Notes under the pieces: model-generated
The model's database searches: none
Told to the model about the DNA's origin: nothing
What the model saw: the letters and a program-made list of their open reading frames with translations, nothing else
Shown: in pieces, positions 8,384 to 17,764 of the stretch
How positions within the stretch are numbered: position 1 is the stretch's first letter
Layout of the letters: every line of letters starts with the position of its first letter
Origin: Oxynema aestuarii AP17
GTDB lineage: Bacteria; Cyanobacteriota; Cyanobacteriia; Cyanobacteriales; Laspinemataceae
Direction of reading: 5' to 3'
NCBI RefSeq assembly: GCF_012295525.1
Contig: NZ_CP051167.1
Coordinates: 5,877,299-5,941,298, forward strand
DNA: 64,000 nucleotides
Position numbers and translations under genes: made by a program

Positions 8384-9562
8384 ATGATGCCCAACGATCC
8401 CTATATTTGGATAGACCGCGCCCTCGATGCCATTCACCGGGCGAATTGGTATCGATCGCCGCAAGCGATTAGCGCCCCCGGGGCCGTGGTGGAAATTCAA
8501 GGGCAACGGCTGCTCAATTTCGCCAGTAACGATTATTTAGGCTTGGCAGGCGATCGCCGTTTGGTAGAAGCCGCCGTCGCCGCCACCCGCACCTACGGAA
8601 CCGGAACCACCGGATCGCGCCTGATTACCGGACATCGACCCCTGCATCGGGAACTGGAACGGGCGATCGCCGATCTCAAGCAGACCGAAGATGCCTTAGT
8701 GTTCAGTTCCGGCTACTTGGCCAATCTCGGCACGATCGCCGCGTTAGTCGGCAAACGAGATTTAATCCTCGGCGATCGCTACAATCACTCCAGCCTCAAA
8801 AATGGGGCGATTCTCAGTGGGGCCACGGCGATCGATTATCCTCACGCCGAGCTGCCAGCCTTGCGCGAGCTGCTCTCACAACATCGAGACCAATATCGGC
8901 GCTGTTTGCTGGTCACCGACAGTATTTTTAGTATGGATGGGGATTTGGCGCCCCTGCCCGCCTTACTCGACCTCGCCGACGAGTTTAGCTGCATGTTGCT
9001 GGTAGACGAAGCCCACGCCACCGGGGTTTTAGGGGCAACGGGAGCCGGGGCGATCGAAGCGTGCGGCGGTCGGGAACGCCCCTCGATCCAAATGGGAACG
9101 TTGAGTAAAGCCCTCGGCAGTTTGGGGGGCTACGTGGCGGGTTCGCGTCAGGCGATCGACTTTTTGCGAAACCGCGCGCCGACCTGGATTTATACAACTG
9201 GCCTCTCCCCCGCAGATACGGCGGCGGCGATCGCCGCGATCGCGATCGTGCGCGACGAACCCGAACGGCGGGCCCGACTGTGGCAGAATGTCGCATCTCT
9301 CAAACAGGGACTGGAACGGGCCGGAATCGAAGGGGTGTTACCGTCCGATTCGCCGATTATTTGCATCCAGATGCGCGACGCCGCCACCGTTCTTGAAGCC
9401 GGACGACTGCTCAAAAAAGCGGGGATTTTAGTCGCTGCGGTGCGCCCCCCGACCGTACCGACCAGCCGCCTGCGCCTCACCGTGATGGCGAGTCACACTC
9501 CCGAACAGTGCGCGGCGCTGGTTGACCGCCTCAAAGGGTTGAAAGAACGGGGATTGGGGTGA
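8384..9562 (+). CDS. bioF: 8-amino-7-oxononanoate synthase (PLP-dependent)
   Basis: Class-II aminotransferase-like: [19 protein letters not shown], and the PLP-lysine motif [16 protein letters not shown]. The ORF-track ORF starts at 8264, but the likely start is MMPNDP (~8384), giving about 393 aa. Confidence 0.8.
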   Translation: MMPNDPYIWIDRALDAIHRANWYRSPQAISAPGAVVEIQGQRLLNFASNDYLGLAGDRRLVEAAVAATRTYGTGTTGSRLITGHRPLHRELERAIADLKQTEDALVFSSGYLANLGTIAALVGKRDLILGDRYNHSSLKNGAILSGATAIDYPHAELPALRELLSQHRDQYRRCLLVTDSIFSMDGDLAPLPALLDLADEFSCMLLVDEAHATGVLGATGAGAIEACGGRERPSIQMGTLSKALGSLGGYVAGSRQAIDFLRNRAPTWIYTTGLSPADTAAAIAAIAIVRDEPERRARLWQNVASLKQGLERAGIEGVLPSDSPIICIQMRDAATVLEAGRLLKKAGILVAAVRPPTVPTSRLRLTVMASHTPEQCAALVDRLKGLKERGLG

Positions 9563-10779
9563 ATGGGGAGTGGGCGATCGCCCCGGGGCTAAAGGTCGAG
9601 CGCCAATTTATCCGGATTGAAGTCGAGATCGCGCTTAAGATCGTGATTAAATCCTCACAGCCATTAACAACCGTGAAATTCATTCAAAGTTTAGCGATCG
9701 CCCTGAGTCTGGCGATTTCCCTCGGCGGTCCCGTTCCCCAGGTGGGCGCCACTTTACCCGTCGGCGCGATCGCCCAAACCAGCGCCGGAGATTTCTTAGA
9801 AAGCGCGATCGAAAAGCTCGACCGTCGCGCTTACCAGGAGGCGATCGCCGATTTGGACAAGGCGATCGAACTCGATCCCGATTTAGTCTCGGCTTATGCG
9901 GCGCGCGGGATTGCCAAACATCACCTGCGAGATTTTGGCGGGGCGATCGCCGATTTTAGCGAAGTGCTAGAACGCAATCCCAGCGATGCTGAAATGCTGA
10001 CCCTGCGAGGGATTGACTATCTTTATCTGGGGGATTACGACCGGGCGATCGCCGACTTCGACCGGGCGATCGAGAGCGATGGCGAACAGGCAGATATCTA
10101 CATGCTGCGCGCCGACGCGCGATCGCAGAAACTGGCGCTGGAACAGGCCCCGGCGCAACGCTACGATGTCGTCATCGCCGATTACGACCGCGCGATCGCC
10201 CTCGACGGCGACAATCCCCGTTACTATCAGCGACGGGGACAAACTCGGGCTCGCTTGCGACAATCGGAAGCGGCGATCGCCGATTATACCCGGGCGATCG
10301 AGCTGCAACCGACCAACGCCAACCTCTACGTGTTGCGCGGTAACGCTTACGACGATGCAGCCAACTGGCAAAACGCCCTCGAAGACTATACCCGGGCGAT
10401 CGAACTCAATCCCGATTTAGGGGATGCGTATTACAATCGCGGCGTCGCTTACCGTCGCCTCAACCAGTGCGATCGGGCGATCGCCGACTATAGCAAAGCA
10501 CTCCAACTCGACCCCGACGATTTCGGCGCCTACCTCAATCGAGGGGTATGCCACGCCAGCATCAACCAACTCGATCGCGCGATCGCCGATTACAACCGGG
10601 CGATCGAACGAAATCCCAACCTCGGCGAAGCCTATTATAACCGCGCCCTCGCCCAACAGCAGCTCAACCAAATCGAAGCCGCCCGCGCCGACTTTGAAAA
10701 AGCCGCCGATCTTTATCAACAACAAGGACAAGAAACAAAACTGCGCGACGTGCTCAACGCCCTTCGTAACTTGCCCTAG
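9559..10779 (+). CDS. TPR-repeat protein, probably exported
   Basis: About 10 TPR units ([30 protein letters not shown]…, [29 protein letters not shown]…) with a hydrophobic N-terminal segment ([16 protein letters not shown]). Its ATG overlaps the bioF stop (GTGAATGG). Confidence 0.7.
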   Translation: MNGEWAIAPGLKVERQFIRIEVEIALKIVIKSSQPLTTVKFIQSLAIALSLAISLGGPVPQVGATLPVGAIAQTSAGDFLESAIEKLDRRAYQEAIADLDKAIELDPDLVSAYAARGIAKHHLRDFGGAIADFSEVLERNPSDAEMLTLRGIDYLYLGDYDRAIADFDRAIESDGEQADIYMLRADARSQKLALEQAPAQRYDVVIADYDRAIALDGDNPRYYQRRGQTRARLRQSEAAIADYTRAIELQPTNANLYVLRGNAYDDAANWQNALEDYTRAIELNPDLGDAYYNRGVAYRRLNQCDRAIADYSKALQLDPDDFGAYLNRGVCHASINQLDRAIADYNRAIERNPNLGEAYYNRALAQQQLNQIEAARADFEKAADLYQQQGQETKLRDVLNALRNLP

Positions 10780-11035
10780 CCCTCGATCGCCTCTCGTCAG
10801 AACCCTTTTAAAAGTAACAGCAACTAACCGATCTATCTCCTATTCTTTCTGGTTGGCTATTCTCCTACAGCCGGGATTAAAATCAATAGGAATAGATTTG
10901 CATGTTCGTCGAATCAATTCTTCTGACTTCTGCTAAAATGAAATATGCTATGACATTGTAAACATCACATGAAACAAAAATCATCATAATTTCCACCATA
11001 ATTCAAATCTTAGCATTGATAATATCTCGTCGTGG

Positions 11036-12124
11036 TTGACAATGAAAAGAATTACCTTTGCAGATATTTTTGCTGGAATAGGAGGGTTTAGAATTGGCCT
11101 AGAGCGCTTGGGCTTTGAATGCCTTTATTCTTGTGAAAAAAACGAAGCTTGTCGGCAAGTTTACTTTGACAATTTTGGTGACTTGCCAGAAATGGATATC
11201 TCCGATATTGATTTTTCTAAAATTCCAGATGTCAATATTATAACGGCTGGGTTTCCCTGTCAACCCTTTAGTATTTGTGGAAAAAGAAAAGGATTTTCCG
11301 ATCGACGAGGCACTATTTTTTTCCATCTGTGTAATCTCTTACAAGCCAAAAAGCCGGATGTAGCAATTCTTGAAAATGTCAAACACTTGCTTCATTTAGA
11401 AAAAGGATCTGTTTTTGAAGAAATCATTACTACTCTGGAAGATTTAGATTACTTCGTTCGCTATAGTTTACTCAATGCCAAAGATTTTGGACTCCCTCAA
11501 AATAGGGAACGTGTTTTTATTGTCGCCTCCAAGCATAAGCCATTTAATTTTTCACGAATTAAACCAAAATTAAAGATTCCACAGCTTAAAGAATTCTTGT
11601 CAAAAACCGGAGACTTTCAATATATTGATGACTCTGAATATACTCTAATTAAGCATCCAAAACAACAAGATTCAGGATTGATCTTTGTTGGTTATCGTAA
11701 TAAAAGTATTTGGAAAAAAGGCATTCGTCCCCATACCGAACACTTATCTCGCGTTCACCGACAACCCAACCGAATTTATTCCGTGGAAGGGGTACATCCT
11801 ACTTTACCTTCACAAGAATCCTCCGGACGGTTTTTTATTTACTTACCAGAAGAGAATCGGGTACGTAAGCTAACCATTGAAGAATGTTATCGGATTATGG
11901 GGTTTCCAAAATCCTTTAAAAGAAATGCTAGTTTAAGTGAAGCCTATAAACAAATTGGAAACTCAGTGGCAACGAATGTTATTTATGAGTTAGGAAAAGA
12001 AATAATGGAACAAAAACTAACGGTTCCATGCTCAAAATTTAATAATAGAGCTCGAGGTTTTAAAAAATCAGAAAAACCGATTCAGCTTACGATACCAGGC
12101 TTGCGGTTAACTCACTGCAATTAA
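11036..12124 (+). CDS. DNA (cytosine-5)-methyltransferase, orphan (no adjacent REase or Vsr)
   Basis: Motif I FADIFAGIGGFRIG, motif IV GFPCQPFS, ENVKHLL, and C-terminal QIGNSVA. Lies in an AT-rich, HIP1-free island. Confidence 0.85.
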   Translation: MTMKRITFADIFAGIGGFRIGLERLGFECLYSCEKNEACRQVYFDNFGDLPEMDISDIDFSKIPDVNIITAGFPCQPFSICGKRKGFSDRRGTIFFHLCNLLQAKKPDVAILENVKHLLHLEKGSVFEEIITTLEDLDYFVRYSLLNAKDFGLPQNRERVFIVASKHKPFNFSRIKPKLKIPQLKEFLSKTGDFQYIDDSEYTLIKHPKQQDSGLIFVGYRNKSIWKKGIRPHTEHLSRVHRQPNRIYSVEGVHPTLPSQESSGRFFIYLPEENRVRKLTIEECYRIMGFPKSFKRNASLSEAYKQIGNSVATNVIYELGKEIMEQKLTVPCSKFNNRARGFKKSEKPIQLTIPGLRLTHCN

Positions 12125-12324
12125 AAAGTGCATGATTTTCGATCGTAAAAATATACGTAAAAATATAGAGATTTGAGGATCGTGGGCATTGCCCACCCTA
12201 CTTGTTTTGTTTTGTCTTAAGTTATAAGAAATTGGTGATTTTAGAACGTCGATCGCCAGTCATACCGAGGATTGACTGTTTTAGCGTTGAGGAGGCTGTT
12301 GCAGAGTTGATAACTCATCCATAA

Positions 12325-13722
12325 TTGCAAACTTGCGCTAGCGTAGAAAATGCAATTTCATGCGATCGCGAACTGTCCGTGTTTGAAAAGAACTGCTCGA
12401 TCCGACTCCTGACTTTACTGGGACTGCTACTTTCGCTCACCGCCTGCGCGAACACGCCGGGTTCCAAACAGTTAGAAGACTCCCTCGCCCCCGATCCCAA
12501 ACTGAAAGACAACCCCGAATTGCTCGGAGGTTCTACGCCGTCGCCCTCTCCCGGGGCCACTCCAACTCAACTCCCGGAAGATTTTCCGAGGGAAATTCCG
12601 CAATATAACAACGCCGAATTGCAAAGTGTCAGCCGCAGCACTTCGGAACGATCGTCGCCACAAACTGAGGAAACGCCTAGGGTAACGACCCTTTGGGAAA
12701 CGGGCGATCGCGGCGATCGCGTCCGGCAATTCTATCAAACCCATTTTGAAGAAAACCAGTGGGAAATTCTGCCGACACCTGCCACAGAAACCCAAGGCGA
12801 TCGCTCCGTGAGTGCGCGCAAAGATAACTTGCAAGTCACAGTGGAGATCGTCAGCCAACCGAGCGACACCCCCACCGAATTTAGCCTCACTTACGAGCTT
12901 GAGAGCGCCACCAGTACCGCTAAAACACCGGAAACCTCAAAAAGCTCGACAACAACTGAAAAGGCCACAGAGACAACATTAGAGACAATTACCGAACCCT
13001 TGCGCCCTTACGTGAGCGACTTGCAACAACTCGGGATCCTGTCCCTGAAAGCGACATCCAGCGACGCCGACGCCGACGCGTGGAATCAGGCGATCGCCCG
13101 AGCCCAATATGCCGAATGGCTGATCGCTGCCAACAATCGCTTTTTCGACAACCAACCGAGCAAACAAATTCGCCTCGCCACTCCCAGTACCCAACCTGCC
13201 TTTCAAGATGTTCCCGCCACCCATCCGCAATTTGCGGCGATTCAGGGATTGGCGGATGCGGGAATTATCCCGAGTTCGCTCACCGGAGAGAATACGGCGG
13301 TTAACTTCCGTCCGGACGCCCCATTATCGCGCGAAGATGCGATCGCCTGGAAAGTCCCCCTCGATTTTCGCCAAGGATTACCTAAAGCATCGGTAGAAGC
13401 GGTGCGAGAAGCGTGGGGGTTTCAAGATGTCCCGAAAGTCGATCCGGCGATTCTCCCGGCGATTTTGGCAGACTATCAAAATGGAGAATTATCGAACATC
13501 CGGCGCGCTTTCGGTTACACCCGTATTTTCCAACCGAAAAAAGAAGTAACGCGGGCGGAAGCGGCGGCGACCTTGTGGTATTTTGGCGATCGCAACGAGG
13601 GTTTATCCGCCACAGATGTTGTCAACCGTCAGCCGACCCCTCAAGCTAATCCCCAGACGGGCGATCGCACCAATGTTCGATCCTCCGAACCGCCAACCAC
13701 TCCAGAAAATCAAGAAAATTAA
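12325..13722 (+). CDS. Lipoprotein with C-terminal SLH (S-layer homology) domains
   Basis: Lipobox LLSLTAC; Pro/Thr/Ser-rich linker; SLH-like FQDVPATHPQFAAIQGLADAGIIP and FQDVPKVDPAILPAILADYQNGEL…RAEAAATLW. The true start may be internal. Confidence 0.6.
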   Translation: MQTCASVENAISCDRELSVFEKNCSIRLLTLLGLLLSLTACANTPGSKQLEDSLAPDPKLKDNPELLGGSTPSPSPGATPTQLPEDFPREIPQYNNAELQSVSRSTSERSSPQTEETPRVTTLWETGDRGDRVRQFYQTHFEENQWEILPTPATETQGDRSVSARKDNLQVTVEIVSQPSDTPTEFSLTYELESATSTAKTPETSKSSTTTEKATETTLETITEPLRPYVSDLQQLGILSLKATSSDADADAWNQAIARAQYAEWLIAANNRFFDNQPSKQIRLATPSTQPAFQDVPATHPQFAAIQGLADAGIIPSSLTGENTAVNFRPDAPLSREDAIAWKVPLDFRQGLPKASVEAVREAWGFQDVPKVDPAILPAILADYQNGELSNIRRAFGYTRIFQPKKEVTRAEAAATLWYFGDRNEGLSATDVVNRQPTPQANPQTGDRTNVRSSEPPTTPENQEN

Positions 13723-13770
13723 GCGATACTCGATCGGGTCGTTGATGAGGTCGTTGATGAGGTTCAAGGC

Positions 13771-14397
13771 GTGAATAAATGGCTGAATAAATGTCTGAAA
13801 ATTTGGCCGTTGCACCGTCAAAAAACGTGGCTGCTGTTGGCGATCGCCCTCCTGGCGATTCTCCTCGGCTATATTCCCCTTCGTTTGGCAATCACTCAAG
13901 TTCGAGTCAGCCAACCGCAAGCCATTTTTGTATTGGGTGGACATTACCGACGCATGACATTTGCCGCCGAATTTTGGCAGTCCCATCGCGATCTCGAGAT
14001 TTGGTTATCGGGAGTGACGCCGAAACCGTCTTTACAGAGAGTTTTTGCGAAAGCGAACATCCCCGATCGCGTCATCCATTACGAGCAATGTGCGACCGAT
14101 ACAGTGACTAATTTTACTTGCAATGTCGATCGCTTCGCTCGCGATAAGATGTGGCGAGTTTATCTGATTACTTCCGACTATCACATGCGGCGATCGCGCG
14201 CGATTGCGACCTTCATTTTCGGCAGTCGCGGCATCATTGCCACCCCGATCGTCGTTTCACACCAATCCCCAAAACCCCGAGAATCGATCTGGAAAGTCCT
14301 ACGCGATTGCGTGCGATCGATCCTCTGGTTGTTCACCGGGCGATCGGGAGCGAGTTTGAATCCAGATTTATCAAGAGAAATTACCATCAAAAGTTAA
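13771..14397 (+). CDS. DUF218 (YdcF/SanA/ElyC-like) family membrane-anchored protein
   Basis: N-terminal TM segment; DUF218 pattern IFVLGG…IWLSG…ATDTVTNF…YLITSDYHMRRSRAIA. Confidence 0.6.
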   Translation: MNKWLNKCLKIWPLHRQKTWLLLAIALLAILLGYIPLRLAITQVRVSQPQAIFVLGGHYRRMTFAAEFWQSHRDLEIWLSGVTPKPSLQRVFAKANIPDRVIHYEQCATDTVTNFTCNVDRFARDKMWRVYLITSDYHMRRSRAIATFIFGSRGIIATPIVVSHQSPKPRESIWKVLRDCVRSILWLFTGRSGASLNPDLSREITIKS

Positions 14398-14462
14398 CCG
14401 TTAAAATTCATAACCCGAGCATTACTTTCTAAATCTAAGAGACTGTTTGTAAAACCAATCTA

Positions 14463-14519
14463 GTAGGGGTTAGGTTACCAAACTCCTACTTCTCTAGAGT
14501 TTGGTGACCCAACCCCTAC
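14463..14519. repeat. Long near-perfect hairpin with a 23-bp stem (gtaggggttaggttaccaaactc / gagtttggtgacccaacccctac)
   Basis: Inverted repeat read directly; one mismatch and one G-U pair; 11-nt loop. No T-run follows. Confidence 0.7.
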
Positions 14520-14660
14520 AAGACACAATAGACTGTTGAGAGCGTTCGGATAACGCGATGGTAGCCACGTGTCGTTTGATGCTCCGGCGATTGCCGCCTC
14601 TCAAACCGGGCTGTTGATGTTTATTTTATAAACAGTCTCTAAAAGCTAAAATCTAAAATC

Positions 14661-15698
14661 ATGACCCACGATCGCCTATTCCAGCTCATTGAAGAACTCG
14701 TCTTGCATCACTCTCCCAGTGGGGTCGAAACCGAAATCGATAACTTACTCCTGCGCCGTTTTCAAGCATTAGGTTTAGACACGTGGCTGGATGAAGCAGG
14801 AAACGCGATCGCCAAAATACCCGGTCGAAATCCGCAACGGGCGATCGCCATTACGGGACATAAAGACGAAATTGGGGCGATCGTCAAAAGTCTCGGACCC
14901 GACGGACGCCTCGAAGTTCGCAAACTTGGCGGAACCTTTCCTTGGGTTTACGGCGAAGGGGTCGTCGATATTTTAGGCGATCGCCAAACCCTCAGTGGTA
15001 TTCTCAGCTTCGGATCCCGTCACATTTCCCACGAATCGCCCCAAAAAGCCCTCCAACAAGACATTGCCCTCCGTTGGGAAGATGCTTGGGTCGAAACCAA
15101 ATGCACCGCCGCCGAGTTACACGCCGCCGGGGTTCGTCCCGGAACCCGCGTCGTCGTCGGGAAACACCGCAAACGCCCGATCCGCCTCAAAGACTACATC
15201 GCCAGCTACACCCTCGATAACAAAGCCTCCGTCGCCATCCTCTTGCAACTCGCCGAACGAGTCAAACATCCCCCCGTCGATCTCTACTTAGTCGCCTCCG
15301 CCAAAGAAGAAGTCGGCGCCCTCGGCGCCCTATATTTCACCAATCGCCATCGCCTAGACGCCCTCATCGCCCTCGAAATTTGTCCCCTCGCCCCGGAATA
15401 TCCCATCGAAGACGGCGACGCCCCAGTGTTGCTGTCCCAAGACGGTTACGGCATTTACGACGAAGGCTTAAACGCCGAAATTCGCGCCGCCGCCGATCGC
15501 GCCGCCATTCCCCTACAATTGGCTGCGATTAGTGGTTTTGGCAGCGATGGATCCATCGCCATGAAATTCGGTCACGTCGCCCGCGCCGCCTGTCTGTCCT
15601 TCCCCACTCAAAACACCCACGGCTACGAAATCGCTCACCTCGGGGCGATCGCCCATTGCACTCGCATCCTCGAAAGCTGGTGCGAAACCGCCTCTTAA
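14661..15698 (+). CDS. M42 family (FrvX/glutamyl aminopeptidase-like) metallopeptidase
   Basis: 345 aa; N-terminal LIEELVLHHSPSGVETEI…AGNAIAKIPG; metal-ligand region ITGHKDEIGAIV; typical M42 length. Confidence 0.65.
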   Translation: MTHDRLFQLIEELVLHHSPSGVETEIDNLLLRRFQALGLDTWLDEAGNAIAKIPGRNPQRAIAITGHKDEIGAIVKSLGPDGRLEVRKLGGTFPWVYGEGVVDILGDRQTLSGILSFGSRHISHESPQKALQQDIALRWEDAWVETKCTAAELHAAGVRPGTRVVVGKHRKRPIRLKDYIASYTLDNKASVAILLQLAERVKHPPVDLYLVASAKEEVGALGALYFTNRHRLDALIALEICPLAPEYPIEDGDAPVLLSQDGYGIYDEGLNAEIRAAADRAAIPLQLAAISGFGSDGSIAMKFGHVARAACLSFPTQNTHGYEIAHLGAIAHCTRILESWCETAS

Positions 15699-15794
15699 TT
15701 TGGCATTCACCCAGCTAGAACGCTTAAAATCCTTGTCCGGCCTAGCTTTGAGCGAAGCGAACCCAAAAAATTCAAAAAAATTCCCGCTCGGGTG

Positions 15795-15800
15795 TTGACA
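15795..15800 (+). promoter_or_regulatory. Consensus -35 hexamer TTGACA upstream of tRNA-Glu copy 1; the spacer holds the perfect palindrome CTGAATtttATTCAG
   Basis: TTGACA about 45 nt upstream of the tRNA 5' end; the -10 candidate TACCTT is weak. Confidence 0.35.
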
Positions 15801-15844
15801 ACTGAATTTTATTCAGTTACCTTAACAAAGGTGCTGAAACACAA

Positions 15845-15917
15845 GCCCCCATCGTCTAGAGGCCTAGGACACCTCCCTTTCACGGAGGCGACGGGGATTC
15901 GAATTCCCCTGGGGGTA
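15845..15917 (+). tRNA. tRNA-Glu (anticodon UUC), 73 nt, CCA not encoded
   Basis: GCCCCCATCGTCTAGAGGCCTAGGACACCTCCCTTTCACGGAGGCGACGGGGATTCGAATTCCCCTGGGGGTA: 7-bp acceptor stem, D-loop TCTAGAGGCC, anticodon loop CTTTCAC, T-arm GGGGATTCGAATTCCCC. Confidence 0.92.
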
Positions 15918-15940
15918 CTTGAAACATTTCAGCATCGCTA

Positions 15941-15970
15941 AAGGCGCTTCCCACCGGGAGCGCCTTTTTC
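15941..15970 (+). terminator. Rho-independent terminator after tRNA-Glu copy 1
   Basis: AGGCGCTTCCC acc GGGAGCGCCT followed by TTTTTC. Confidence 0.6.
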
Positions 15971-16021
15971 AGTGGGGATCCAATCAAAAATCCCAATCCT
16001 AAAAAAAAGCAAAAAAAAGTT

Positions 16022-16027
16022 TTGACA
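16022..16027 (+). promoter_or_regulatory. Consensus -35 hexamer TTGACA upstream of tRNA-Glu copy 2
   Basis: TTGACA about 44 nt upstream of the tRNA; the -10 candidates TAGTGT / TAAAAG are weak. Confidence 0.3.
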
Positions 16028-16070
16028 TTTCCGAAATTTTCCGTTAGTGTAAAAGACGTGGCAAAGACAG

Positions 16071-16143
16071 GCCCCCATCGTCTAGAGGCCTAGGACACCT
16101 CCCTTTCACGGAGGCGACGGGGATTCGAATTCCCCTGGGGGTA
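16071..16143 (+). tRNA. tRNA-Glu (anticodon UUC), second identical copy
   Basis: The 73 nt are identical to 15845..15917. Confidence 0.92.
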
Positions 16144-16157
16144 CTAAGCCACAAAAA

Positions 16158-16202
16158 GAAGACATCCAGTTTTGGGTGTCTTCTTTTTTTCTTCTTTTTT
16201 TT
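16158..16202. terminator. Strong bidirectional rho-independent terminator between tRNA-Glu copy 2 (+) and rtcB (-)
   Basis: GAAGACAtccagttttgggTGTCTTC followed by TTTTTTTCTTCTTTTTTTTT on the + strand, with an A-rich run upstream for the minus strand. Confidence 0.7.
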
Positions 16203-16231
16203 GGAAGGAGAAAGCAGGAGGTCTCCCAGCT

Positions 16232-17413
16232 TCAGCCTTTCACGCACAACACCTGTTTGAGAGTGGCGACGACTTCGACTAAATCGGACTGCTGGGCCAT
16301 GACCCGATCGATGGGCTTGTAGGCGCCGGGAATTTCATCGATGACGCCTTTATCTTTACGACATTCTACCCCGTCGGTTTGAGCAACGAGATCGTCGAGG
16401 GTGAAAGATTTTTTCGCTTTGCTGCGCGACATCAGGCGTCCGGCGCCGTGGGAACAAGAGCAGTAACTTTCGGCATTACCTTTCCCTTTAACGATGTAAG
16501 ATTTCGCCCCCATCGAACCGGGAATAATACCGTAGTCGTTTTCTCGGGCGCGTACGGCGCCTTTTCGGGTGACGTAGACTTCGCGATCGAAATGAACCTC
16601 TTTCTCGGCGTAGTTGTGGTGACAGTTAACCACGAGTTTCGGTTGGAGGGGTTTGCCACCAGCGACCTGTTGTTCGACAATCCGCTTGAGGCGGTCCATC
16701 ATTACTTTGCGGTTGAAGCGGGCGTAATCTTGCGCCCACTGCAAATCGCGCCAGTAGGCGTCAAACTCGGGAGTCTTGGCGACGAAGTAAGCCAAATCGC
16801 GATCGGGAAGCTCGATCTGAGCTAATTTCGCTAGCTCTTTGGCGGTATCGATATGATATTGGGCGAGCATGTTGCCGATATGACGGGAACCGGAGTGCAA
16901 CATTAACCAAACGTTGTTGTCTTCGTCGAGACAGATTTCGATGAAGTGGTTACCGCCGCCGAGGCTTCCCATTTGTTTGAGGGCTTTACCTTCGAGACGG
17001 GCGACGCCGCGATGTAGATCTTTGAATTGGCGCCATCCCATCCAATTGGTCACGGAGGTTTCGACGTTTTTGTTTTCGTTGAAGCCGACGGGAATCGCGG
17101 CTTCGATCTGTTGGCGAATGGTTTTGAGTTTGCCGTCGAGACGATCGCCTGTAAACGGCATTTGTAGTGCCATCATGCCACAACCGATATCGACGCCGAC
17201 GGCGGCGGGAATCAAGGCTTCTTCCGTAGCGATGACGGAACCGACCAGGGCGCCTTTACCGAGGTGAACGTCGGGCATGAGGGCGACGTGTTTGAAGACG
17301 AAGGGTAAGGAGGCCACATTTTGGGCCATTTTCGATTCGAGATCGCCGAGTTGGTGTCCGGCCCAGGAGAGAACCGGACTGGGGGTTTTTAAGTTGAGGG
17401 TTTCGTAAGACAT
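16232..17413 (-). CDS. rtcB: RNA-splicing ligase RtcB
   Basis: 393 aa; RtcB signatures: VGVDIGCGM, GGGNHFIEI, NCHHNYA, and the C-terminal SCSHGAGR with catalytic His. Confidence 0.85.
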   Translation of the reverse strand: MSYETLNLKTPSPVLSWAGHQLGDLESKMAQNVASLPFVFKHVALMPDVHLGKGALVGSVIATEEALIPAAVGVDIGCGMMALQMPFTGDRLDGKLKTIRQQIEAAIPVGFNENKNVETSVTNWMGWRQFKDLHRGVARLEGKALKQMGSLGGGNHFIEICLDEDNNVWLMLHSGSRHIGNMLAQYHIDTAKELAKLAQIELPDRDLAYFVAKTPEFDAYWRDLQWAQDYARFNRKVMMDRLKRIVEQQVAGGKPLQPKLVVNCHHNYAEKEVHFDREVYVTRKGAVRARENDYGIIPGSMGAKSYIVKGKGNAESYCSCSHGAGRLMSRSKAKKSFTLDDLVAQTDGVECRKDKGVIDEIPGAYKPIDRVMAQQSDLVEVVATLKQVLCVKG

Positions 17414-17706
17414 GAGAACGGTGGAGAGTTGAGATTTTAGATTTTAGATTTTCTATGGTTGGGGTGGGCTTGGCGCGATCGCTCATTCACCGTGAGGACG
17501 ATCTCATCACAGCCTCGATAAGGTTTATAGGTGATTTTACTCCCTTAGAATTTAGGCCGATCGCCGCCCGCGTCCGCGACTATTTTTGTAGTTTTTCATC
17601 ATTTAAATTATCCAGGTCACATTAATACTACATTTATAATACACGATTCATACAAAAAGAGCCATCCGATCGCCGTGCGATCGCCAATGGCTCCACAATC
17701 GAGGAT

Positions 17707-17750
17707 CTAAAATCTAAAATCTAAAATCTAAAATCTAAAATCTAAAATTC
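17707..17750. repeat. Heptamer tandem array (AAAATCT)x6, STRR-like; an inverted partial array (AGATTTT)x3 lies at ~17427..17448
   Basis: Read directly from the sequence. Confidence 0.85.
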
Positions 17751-17764
17751 CCACAACTCCTCCC

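Noticed and set aside
17707-17750. Possible CRISPR array (short tandem repeats)
   Set aside because: The units are 7 nt with no spacers. This is an STRR-type heptamer satellite, not CRISPR. No cas genes are present in the window.
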